20,000 bases of DNA from Priapulus caudatus. Taxonomy: Eukaryota. The stretch spans positions 569,301 through 589,300 of the forward strand of contig NW_014577066.1 of assembly GCF_000485595.1 (NCBI RefSeq), read 5' to 3'. Both the position numbers and the translations under genes were made by a program. This document shows, piece after piece, positions 9,960 through 20,000 of the stretch (position 1 is its first letter; every line of letters starts with the position of its first letter). Below the pieces are notes generated by a model. It saw only the letters and a list, made by a program, of their open reading frames with translations. It was not told the DNA's origin and did no database searches.

Positions 9960-11731
9960 GCTTGCTTGCACGCGTTCACCGGTTGTGTGGCCTCACGGCA
10001 TGTGCGTGTGGAGGTAGGAGACCCCCATCGCTACAAAGTGCCACAAGGTTTCGCTCATGTCGCCAGCGCGCGAGACGGGAGCAGCATGTGGATTTTTTTA
10101 ATCGTTTTAGAATACGGGGATAGCAAACTTATTAAATTTATATGACGTTATAAGTTTAATATATACGGAGACGCACGGCGACATATGTGACAAGGGTGAG
10201 TGCGGCCAACTTTGCGTGGACGGCAAATGATAATAGGTGGTGCTGATCCCATCGTCGGTAAACGTTTTGCCTTTACCCCACATAGCAAGAGTACTAAGAG
10301 CTGCGCGATGCTTCCTGTGAGAAGGCCACGGGTTAGTAAGAGCTACTCTACTTCATTCGTTGTGAAATATTCGAATTCTATTTCATCGTAAAAGGTGAAC
10401 GGCTAGAATGTTGTGGTCATGAGAGGAAGTGGAATGTTATATTTGAATTTGAAAATGCGTTCAGGAGCTTGATGCCTGTCTGCGCCCAGCTCTTATGTAA
10501 AGATGCTCCTTGAACAAACAACACTAAATTACTCTATCACCTCAAACATCACAGTTTCCTACCTAGATACAGCTATTCCTGAACCTTGTTTCTTTAGGAG
10601 TCTCTGTCTGTTTTTGTACTTTTGAACCCTAATTCTATACCTGTGTGTTCTTTGGAAAACCATGTGGTCGTTGTGCACTGTTGTGTTCCCATTCTAGTAC
10701 TTTTTATTAGCTACAGTTAAATATTGGTTTTTAACAGTACTGCCTAAATTGCTCTGTTCAATATCAATGATGTTTATTCTGAAAAAGTGGTTTGGAAAAT
10801 TTCCACTTCCAGCTCTTGGTGTGAAACATGCAAGGACAAATTAACAACACATGTCAACATCATCACAATCAATGGTGTCATTAATACTAATAGTATTCTT
10901 TCAAGCCGTTTGACTGAAAATAGTTTGGAAAGCTTTCAGTCGTGTTGACCTTTAATTTGTTGATAAAATAATTTTCCCACGGATTGTTCATATCAGATTG
11001 TTTTATGTATGTTTCTTATTTGCAATGCATATCAGCTAGCTGTGTTGATCATTTAATTATATGTTGACGCGTTGGTAAGATGCAATAATATATTATTGTT
11101 GATTAAATGGTCAAGAGTAAGAAATACTATAGGAAATGTGTGCATGCTTGCCTCGCAGTGTATCTGGGATGTTCTCTTTTTATATTGATTAATTGATTAT
11201 ATTAACTGAATTGAATTCAGAAACAGACTATGTATGCAATGAATTTTCCACACAAGTTGATAATATAGTTGAAATTGTTGTTCAAATGTACATGAGATGT
11301 GTAGTGTTTTTTTATACAGGCTGTGTTCGACTCTACAGGCACATTGCCATTCTTCACATTTACTTAGTACGTGTAGTACATGTAGTAGTAGATTACTATT
11401 TACCCTGAGGTTGTTTAATGCAACTTGACAAGCACCAGTAGACTTTGGTCTAATACATACAGATTACTCACTAAATTAGTACATGTAACATGACAGTGTC
11501 TCTGTTGCTAGTCGGCATCAGATTAAACCTACACGTGATATTCCTATCATATGGCATGAACCTTGCGTTTCTAGCTGCTTAGCAAACATCTTGTGTTAAA
11601 TCTACTCTGTTTACACAATGTAAAGATATGAGAGTATTTTATTTGGAGACATATGGATATGATAATATACATATTTCAAAATACAATGAATGCTCTCACG
11701 ATTTTGAGGAGGATATATAGCATTGCTAGAA

Positions 11732-11973
11732 GCACTTGATCTATGGTAAATTTGTATAAAGGAATTTGTGAAGCTTGCTTTTGTAGTGAAAGGCAATATG
11801 TCGATCAAGAACGGTGTGAAAAAATGATAGCATTGTTGGAAGCAACTCCTAAATCATAAATACAGTATAGCTATCATTTGTTCACACCATTCTTCATCAG
11901 CATATGGCCTTTCACTACAAAAGCAAGCTTCACAAATTCCTTTACACAAATTTACATACAATAAATCAAGTGC
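11732..11973. repeat. Long inverted repeat (~100-bp arms, ~38-nt spacer), possible foldback element
   Basis: 11732-11831 is the reverse complement of 11870-11973, e.g. AAAGGAATTTGTGAAGCTTGCTTTTGTAGTGAAAGGC / GCCTTTCACTACAAAAGCAAGCTTCACAAATTCCTTT. Confidence 0.9.
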
Positions 11974-12481
11974 AATATACTACTTGATAAAGAGACTACG
12001 TTAAAGATCATGGGGGGGGGCATACAAATCAATATTGTAGTTATAATGCCAGTCTTCCTTGCAACCTTTTATGTGTTATAATAAAACTAATTATCGTTAC
12101 GCTTTACTGTTTCTGACAACAGACACCTGGTATCAGGAGATGGGGTGGAAAGGCTGCATTTACTATAGATCTTGGGCCTGAGCTATAGTGATAGACAAAG
12201 ACAGAGAGAGAGAGAGAGGCGGAGAGAGGTGGAGGTGAGGACAATGCTGAATTTACCAGGCAGCAGGTGTCATTGCATCTATAATTTAACATGCCAACAG
12301 CGGGCGGTACCTGTATCAGTGTATCATACCTAGATCGTTGACACACCACATAAAGAATGCAATAAATATCAGATATACATTGTTCTACAACAACTCCACA
12401 CGTATAAATAATCCTTGTGACTTATGTATAAGTCACAAAACATAATAGCAACAAGGGGCTAGTTGCTTTTCATTAGTGTAA

Positions 12482-12920
12482 AGCATAACGCACACACCCA
12501 AGCAAAACACCTGAACGTGGAGCAAAACGTGTTTCGCTCGATGTTCGTGGCTGTGTGCGGATTCCCGAAACAAAAAACATTGCTCAGCTGAGCGAGTTTC
12601 GCTGAACAAGCAATGTTTGATTCGCGGAGCGTGTTTTCGCCTGAGCGTACGTTTTGCTCGGGTGTGTGCGTCAATCGTTCTGCTACACAGCGAAATGCCA
12701 CAGACGGTCTCCAATCAATATCCTTAAAAATATCACATGACACACAAAATTGGATGTCTATTTTTGATGTCATGTGACAGCGGCGCTGTACGCAGTATTT
12801 CTGTATGTTTTGCTCAGCTGTGTGCTGTGTCGGGTGGCGTGGATGCGCTTGCTCGCCGAGCAGAACGCGAAACGCTGGAAAACAAAATTTCCCGTTTCGC
12901 TCGGGTGTGTGCGCTAGGCT
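12482..12920. mobile_element. PIF/Harbinger-type (Tourist-like) MITE
   Basis: TIRs AGCATAACGCACACACCCAAGCAAAAC / GTTTCGCTCGGGTGTGTGCGCTAGGCT; TAA on both flanks (12479-12481, 12921-12923); internal TIR-like copy at ~12651-12671. Confidence 0.8.
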
Positions 12921-14332
12921 TAAACGCCACGGTACAAACTCTAAAAGAATCTTGATCAAAAATAACCATAATTGCATTTAATGCCTCTGAACACATATAT
13001 CTACATTATTTACATGGTTGAATAACATGTGCTGTTCCATAATTTTACCTGCACACTGCTATCCTAACTGGACCAGGATATGAACATATAAAATTATACA
13101 CTGTTAAGCATGTATATCTAAGCTTCTACTATATTTGGTTTTTATTTGCCATCGTGATGCGATCTATAGAAAATATTGAATGAACAGTAATATTAGGAAT
13201 TATATATTAATTATATGGCACTACCAACTTTAATTGAAATTCGTACACTCATGGGGAAACCTGACTTTCTACGTGTTACGTACCTATGTGGTAGCCGATA
13301 GCAGCCAATGCTAGATTTGAGAATGCAAGATTGGCTTGGACTGCATGGTGCTAGCCATCTTGTGGGTCTGGGGGCCCACTGTCTTCTTGTATCATCTTGT
13401 ATGTCTAGTACACAGGCTAACACTCTGTTCATCTAATACACATGTTGCTATCCTGTATGCCTGGTACACAGGCTGCCATCTTGTACTTCTTTAAAATAAG
13501 CTGACATCTTATAGAACTGGCATTTTGACATTTGCGCTGTCACATGACACAGCAGACTTTTGAAGAACTCTTCGATCTCTTCTTTCGATTGGACGTGGCT
13601 TGCGCAGTTCTCATTGCATTTAGCGTATCCTGCATGGCAACGTGTGACTGGTACATCTCTGCATCTCTGTTACAGAAATATACACAATACGTTTAGCTCA
13701 TCTATGTTCTGAATATAAATGCCATCATTCTTTTACCTGATGGGAGACATAGAAATAAACAAACTTTAGGCCTTTTCGTGAGGATGAAAATCTCACCACA
13801 TCGATACTTTTTACATATTAGTTCATTTCGTGGCATATTTAAATAAGTAATTTTCAAATGATAGGTCTGGGCTAAAACAAAATGTGTAATTGTTGGGTCC
13901 GAGTTCAGACGTACTCTGGTATTCAAATGTTTATAAAACTCACCTTATACCACGTGATAAGGACATGAGAGTATCTGGACCGAGCTCCAGACCTTTAGGG
14001 AAGCTTTGGCTTTGATACATGCCTAAATTCCGCCGATCTTCTAACGGTCCATCTTGCATGACCTACAATGACGACAACGCAATGGATCGTTTTATGATGA
14101 TTTCAATAGTGCAAAAACTCATCACATTCACATGCTCAATAATTAATCGTGCATAAAAACCTTTCACATCCTCTGACAGGCCAGTGATGCATCGCTGCAC
14201 ATACGCAGATTACGCACATGCCAAGCATTGATGTGCTGAGATATTGGCTCATATCACATGAATAGCTTGCCATTGTGCCGCTGACAACGGCTATCACAAT
14301 GGGAAAACAAACATGCTATCCGTCTTCATAAA

Positions 14333-14525
14333 AACTAGAAAGGGCAGTTGTCGCCAACTACATGTATCCCCCGTGTTCTCTCCAAGATATGTAAGTATAC
14401 GAAGTTTGGTCGCGCTAGGTCAATTAAGGGTCGAGTTATAGAGCGAAAGGGAAATATGATGAAGATCAAGGTGAAGGTCAATGTCAAATAAAGGTTGCAG
14501 TGACCTGGTTTTGGTACGCTGCTCA
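14333..14525. mobile_element. Possible Helitron/Helentron-associated non-autonomous element end, truncated by the gap
   Basis: Starts AAAACTAGAA... and contains AAGTTTGGT and TCAAGGTGAAGGTCAA / TGACC motifs, which resemble such repeats in marine invertebrates. Pattern recognition only. Confidence 0.35.
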
Positions 14526-15212
14526 NNNNNNNNNNNNNNNNNNNNNNNNNNNNNNNNNNNNNNNNNNNNNNNNNNNNNNNNNNNNNNNNNNNNNNNNNNN
14601 NNNNNNNNNNNNNNNNNNNNNNNNNNNNNNNNNNNNNNNNNNNNNNNNNNNNNNNNNNNNNNNNNNNNNNNNNNNNNNNNNNNNNNNNNNNNNNNNNNNN
14701 NNNNNNNNNNNNNNNNNNNNNNNNNNNNNNNNNNNNNNNNNNNNNNNNNNNNNNNNNNNNNNNNNNNNNNNNNNNNNNNNNNNNNNNNNNNNNNNNNNNN
14801 NNNNNNNNNNNNNNNNNNNNNNNNNNNNNNNNNNNNNNNNNNNNNNNNNNNNNNNNNNNNNNNNNNNNNNNNNNNNNNNNNNNNNNNNNNNNNNNNNNNN
14901 NNNNNNNNNNNNNNNNNNNNNNNNNNNNNNNNNNNNNNNNNNNNNNNNNNNNNNNNNNNNNNNNNNNNNNNNNNNNNNNNNNNNNNNNNNNNNNNNNNNN
15001 NNNNNNNNNNNNNNNNNNNNNNNNNNNNNNNNNNNNNNNNNNNNNNNNNNNNNNNNNNNNNNNNNNNNNNNNNNNNNNNNNNNNNNNNNNNNNNNNNNNN
15101 NNNNNNNNNNNNNNNNNNNNNNNNNNNNNNNNNNNNNNNNNNNNNNNNNNNNNNNNNNNNNNNNNNNNNNNNNNNNNNNNNNNNNNNNNNNNNNNNNNNN
15201 NNNNNNNNNNNN

Positions 15213-15584
15213 ATGTAGTAATTAAGTATTGCCATGATTACATGCAGATGTAGTAATTAAGTATTACCATGATTACATGCAGATGTAGTAATTAAGTATT
15301 ACCATGATTACATGCAGATGTAGTAATTAAGTATTACCATGATTACATGAAGACGTAGGAATTAAGTATTACCATGATTACATGCAGATGTAGTAATTAA
15401 GTATTACCATGATTACATGCAGACGTAGTAATTAATTATTACCATGATTACATGAAAACGTAGGAAGTAAGTATTGCATTGATTACATGCAGATGTAGTA
15501 ATTAAGTATTACCATGATTACATGCAGACGTAGTAATTAAGTATTACCATGATTACATGCAGACGTAGGAATTAAATATTACCA
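15213..15584. repeat. 35-bp tandem repeat (at least 10 copies, probably extends into the gap)
   Basis: Unit ATGTAGTAATTAAGTATTACCATGATTACATGCAG, period 35. Confidence 0.95.
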
Positions 15585-15714
15585 GGCTGTGCTGTGGCGT
15601 TGGGTCAAGCAAGGAGCTGCGTATCGATTCCTCTGATGAAGCTGTTGACAATCGGGGCTTCAGATCGCCTGAAAATTTACAGGAAGACCATGTGAGAACA
15701 ACACATAAGACTAG

Positions 15715-16280
15715 TGATGGACATAAAACTGGAGGCTAGAAGACATGAACTAGATATGGACCAGACTTTAAATTGATCTAGGATGGACATGGACCAGACA
15801 TGGAATTGATCTGGGATGGACATGGACCGGACATGGAATTGATCTAGGATGGACATGGACCGGACATGAAATTGATCTAGGATGGACATGGACCGGACAT
15901 GGAATTGATCTAGGATGGACATAGACCGGACATTGAATTGATCTAAGATGGACATGGACCAGACATGGAATCGATCTGGGATGGATATGGATCGGACATG
16001 GAATTGATCTAGGATGGACATGGACCGGACATGGAATTGATCTTGGATGGATATGGACCGGACAAGGAATTGATCTGGGATGGACATGGAATTGATCTGG
16101 GATAGAGATGGACCAAACATGGAATCAACCTGGGATGGACATGGACAGGAAATGGAAATGATCTAGGATGGACAGGCAGCAGACCAGACATGGACTTCAC
16201 GAGGAGCAGACTAGACATGAACTGGACATGGAAGTCATAAACTTGGTTAGAACTGGACATAGATTGGATATGGAATTGAA
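15715..16280. repeat. 33-bp minisatellite with degenerate edges
   Basis: Unit GGACATGGAATTGATCTAGGATGGACATGGACC, built from GGACAT/GGA sub-repeats. Confidence 0.92.
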
Positions 16281-16778
16281 ATGGGGTAGAAATAGGTACG
16301 AAGGAGCCTCAACGTTGCCTGAATGCAGAATGAAAGCAGTCTGGACATTTTCAGGGGCAGTAGTAGACATACGTCAAATTAACCTGTTTTAAGTATTGGG
16401 AAATCGATCGACCTACAATGGAAATCACATTCGGCCACTGCTAATTGCAACCTAGCCAATATCAGCCGCCCATCAAATATTTACACACCTATATATCAAT
16501 GAGAGATCCTAGTGTTAGTAGATTCACTTTAGTGTTTAAATAAGTAACACATTGCACATGGATGTGCAAGCCACACGACCTACGTGCTGCTGCCTGTTGC
16601 AATTATAATCATGTAGTCCATGAACTTGAATGTAAGAGGGAAACAAAAGGAAGACAGAGTGGTTATTCAGACTACCAAAGTCGCTAAGCGTACTATACCG
16701 ATTCACGTATTACATTGTATTATTTTCATCTCATTCAATCACATTGTACACAATAGAAAGAAAAGAGGGAAAGTGACA

Positions 16779-16907
16779 ATGACAATGAAATGTAACTGCC
16801 ACAGGATATTAATTGCTACTATTGTACCATTCGTTTTTGCAGTTTTGGGATCCGGTGTACTTTTCTTTGCTTTTGGTTTCATGTTGCGGTATGCTGGTGT
16901 GTCCTGA
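16779..16907 (+). CDS. Candidate 42-aa single-pass membrane micropeptide (hypothetical)
   Basis: MTMKCNCHRILIATIVPFVFAVLGSGVLFFAFGFMLRYAGVS*; 27-residue uncharged hydrophobic run; CCAAT at 16456 and TATATA at 16490 upstream, AATAAA at 17078 downstream. No homolog recognised. Confidence 0.3.
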   Translation: MTMKCNCHRILIATIVPFVFAVLGSGVLFFAFGFMLRYAGVS

Positions 16908-17209
16908 CCTACGTTACTGAAAGTGAGAATTCTCTCATGAAAAACATACAATTACTGTGCATTTTTATATTCTAAAACAATATACACTATTTACGCATCC
17001 TGGACCTGTTCTACACATCGTTAATTTTCTATGTAACCTAAATTAGTTTACAAAAATATACAATACATGAAGCAACAAATAAAACTACATTACCTACACC
17101 TACTGTTAAGATAAGCACCTAAATATAAACTTATATCACTGTAAACCATAAATAATTTAATGATACACGGGAAATCTCAATAATCAGTGGTATGCATCAA
17201 GCAAACTAA

Positions 17210-17566
17210 AGCGGTGGACACACTAGGCAATTTTTTATGCGATCGAGCCGGCCGACCAAGGTGGCCGATCAAGCCGGCCGACCAAGGCGGCCGGCTTGAT
17301 CGCATGAAAAATCGCGTAGTGTGTCCAGTGAGTCGCGGTCGATTTTCGAGTCGGCCGGCCGAGTCGCCCGATTCAAACATGTTTGATAATTATTTGAGCC
17401 AGCCGGCTGCAATCGCCTAGTGTGCCCAGGTCTGCGATTGAGCCGGCCGATTTTACAATTCATCAGCCAATCAGCGTGCTGAAAATTCACAGAGTCGCCC
17501 GACTCAGTCGCCCGACTGAGCCGGCCGGCTCGATCGCATGAAAAATCGCGTAGTGTTACCACAGCT
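17210..17566. mobile_element. PIF/Harbinger-type MITE, GC-rich and internally palindromic
   Basis: ~45-bp TIRs AGCGGTGGACACACTAGGCAATTTTTTATGCGATCGAGCCGGCCG / CGGCCGGCTCGATCGCATGAAAAATCGCGTAGTGTTACCACAGCT; TAA TSD at 17207-17209 and 17567-17569. Confidence 0.85.
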
Positions 17567-17761
17567 TAACAGGTGCTCTCCCGAGATCTCTCTAGTGTTA
17601 CCTAATTAATAAGAAATGTTCCAGCGCACGTACTCACACTCTACTATTGTAACTCATTCACTAATAAGAACTCTGCCATTATTTATTTCTTATTGCCAAA
17701 CATTATCTCTGGAAAAGCTGCACCTCTAGCATCTATTTTAGATCATCTATGTTAGAGTCTA

Positions 17762-17850
17762 ACACACACACGCGGATGCACGCACACACACCCACATACG
17801 CTCGCGCATTCACATACGCACGTACGCACCCACACACGCATGCGCGCGTG
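17762..17850. repeat. (CA)/(GCAC)-rich low-complexity repeat
   Basis: Direct reading. Confidence 0.75.
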
Positions 17851-18076
17851 AGTTGGCAGACGCTTCGTCTATACGCAACACGAATTAACATCCGCCGTGA
17901 AAAATTTCGTTTACCAGCTTACCACTCACACGCATCGTCCGCCCGCCCAACTCTCCCGCCACGCGACACGCACTCACCACCGACCGACCCCCTCAGTCCC
18001 GACTTACCGGCTACCCTCCAAGCGTCACTATACAACTAACTCGCTACTAAATACATGCCTCGCGCCTCCTGCGTAC

Positions 18077-18691
18077 TTATGGCATGTTTTTTGTTTCATA
18101 ATTCGATTCTTGTTTTATGGTTGATTTTATCACATATAACATTCGATTTATCACATATAACATTCGATTTATCACATATAACATTTCTTGATTCGTGAAT
18201 CTAATGATTCGATGCGTGAAGCGAATGATTCGATGCGTGAATCGAATGATTCAATGCGTGAATCGAATGATTCGATGCGTGAATCATATGATTCGATGCG
18301 TGAATCGAATGATTCGATGCGTGAATCGAATCAATTGATCCGTGAATCGAATCATTCGATGCATAAATCGAATGAGTCGATCCGTGAATTGAATGATTCG
18401 ATTCACGCATCGAATCATTCGATGCGTGAATCGAATGATTCGATGCGTGAATCAAATGATTCGATGCGTGAATCGAATGATTCGATGCGTGAATCGAATG
18501 ATTCGATGCGTGAATCGAATGATTCGATGCGTGAATCGAATGATTCGATGCGTGAATCGAATGATTCGATCCGTGAATCGAATAATTCGATGCGTGAATC
18601 GAATGATTCGATGCGTGAATCGAATGATTCGATCCGTGAATTGAATGATTCGATGCGTGAATCGAATTATGAAACAAAATACATGCCATAC
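18077..18691. mobile_element. Unclassified TIR DNA element filled with 21-bp tandem repeats
   Basis: ~32-bp TIRs TATGGCATGTTTTTTGTTTCATAATTCGATTC / GAATCGAATTATGAAACAAAATACATGCCATA; degenerate 8-bp flanks CTGCGTAC / GTGCGTGC. Confidence 0.8.
18190..18668. repeat. 21-bp minisatellite (GATTCGATGCGTGAATCGAAT)n, about 22 copies
   Basis: Period 21; preceded by three copies of a different 21-mer (ATTCGATTTATCACATATAAC) at ~18123-18185. Confidence 0.95.
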
Positions 18692-19674
18692 GTGCGTGCG
18701 TGTGTGCGGTTTTTACCTTCGTTCGCCTTTGACGCCATCGTTTGTCTTCGCCTGGTATCGCTGCGCGTGCATCTGCACCGACTGCGCCTGCCCATTGATC
18801 TGTCCATCGGACATGCTGCGTGGGTTGAGTAGAGGAGGCAGCGGCACGGCTGCACCTCCTCCCGCTGCGGTAGTGCTGCGCGCTAGCTGCCGCGCCGCGT
18901 ACGGCCTGCAACAGCCGTCGGTATAGCTCTAGATTCTAGAAGGATAGCCATTCGCTCCGCCACAGGCTAGAGCTACCGTCGGTATAGAGAGCAACCAAGG
19001 CCAACCACATCTCTACCGCACTCACTTGCTCGCACAGGACAAATCCCCCGCCTCCCTACCCCAGACTTTACTCATGATAATCAGGATCATTAGATCATTG
19101 ATAATTAAATAAACATTGCACTTGGGAAATTCCGATGAATATATTGCCAGATTCATAATGAGAACTGAACCCGATAGTGCGTGACACGACCGCCCGCGAG
19201 CACGGAACGCGACATCATCGCATACATAATTTAAGCGACGTTACAGCGTGCGTGTGATATTTCAATGCAATTGATGATGCCACAGTGCACACATGCAGGT
19301 TCAATACCGCAACTAATTAAGCTTGGCGAAATTACGACATAGCAATAACGACGGAGCAAAAATAACCCTTCCATAAATAACGCGGTCAGTCAAATACAAG
19401 ACGCACACGTAATTACATAACGAAACGAACAGAATTTGCCACGCATTCATAATAAATACGCTCTAACCATGAATGCTATTTCGAAATAATTATATATGAT
19501 CTGGTCCAACGTTATCCAACGGTATCTACGTTACCGTTACTGTTCATAAATTATTCTTTCGCGCTTGCGTGACTCCGCACTGACAAACATAGTATTTTGA
19601 AATACTGCGGGTGTACACAGCTAGCACCAACACGATACAATTTTACTTTACCACTGCATTCATATTTACATTTA

Positions 19675-19793
19675 ACACATATGCACACGCACCCACACGC
19701 GCACACATACACACACTCGCACACATACATACACACCCACGCACGCACGCACGCACGCACGCACGCACACACGCACGCACGCACGCACACACG
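19675..19793. repeat. (CA)n/(GCAC)n microsatellite
   Basis: Direct reading. Confidence 0.9.
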
Positions 19794-20000
19794 CCACTAA
19801 CTCACATTAATGCAGGCTTGCTCGCGCATAGATCACTTACAAAACGTGGTCGAAGCTATTGAAATCGATATGTGCGCTGACACGTACCAGCAGCAGCGGT
19901 TACGTAGCCTGCCTACCTGCGCTGACACGTACTACACCAGTAACACCAGCAGCTACTATTAGGGAAATCACTTCACTTGCACCTTATTGTTAATTGCGCG

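Noticed and set aside
12433..12996. Cluster of 60-170 aa ORFs
   Set aside because: They coincide with a Harbinger-type MITE and show no protein family similarity.
14420..15235. Long X-containing ORFs
   Set aside because: Artefacts of the assembly gap.
15213..15584. 35-bp repeats resembling a CRISPR array in unit length
   Set aside because: Head-to-tail tandem units with no unique spacers, eukaryotic context, no cas genes.
15677..16260. Repetitive ORFs (SMSILDQFHVR)n
   Set aside because: Explained by the 33-bp minisatellite; no supporting gene structure.
18188..18911. Long ORFs on both strands with (MRESNDS)n / (HSIHASN)n / (MIRCVNR)n
   Set aside because: By-product of a 21-bp minisatellite inside a TIR element; several frames are open simultaneously and there is no splice or domain evidence.

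Overview
This is eukaryotic (invertebrate-like animal) genomic DNA with two assembly gaps (9224-9421, 14526-15212). The first half holds a complete 14-exon nicalin gene (NCLN) on the + strand. Its CDS runs from ATG 668 to TGA 9959, every intron is GT-AG with consistent phase, and the 1692 nt spliced CDS gives 563 aa with a signal peptide, M28-like domain, TM helix and C-terminal KxKxx. The introns and downstream region are rich in non-autonomous DNA transposons. These include three hAT-type MITEs with perfect 8-bp TSDs, a telomeric-repeat-carrying foldback element with a 9-bp TSD nested inside one of them, two PIF/Harbinger-type MITEs with TAA TSDs, and a TIR element filled with a 21-bp minisatellite. 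There is also a probable LINE 3' remnant, a long hairpin and several mini/microsatellites. I found no convincing novel multi-gene system. The most unusual signals are a duplicated 3' splice site next to a MITE, a sharp exon-scale GC3 switch within NCLN, the nested telomeric MITE, the TIR-derived satellite, and a candidate 42-aa transmembrane smORF with promoter-like and polyA-like signals.
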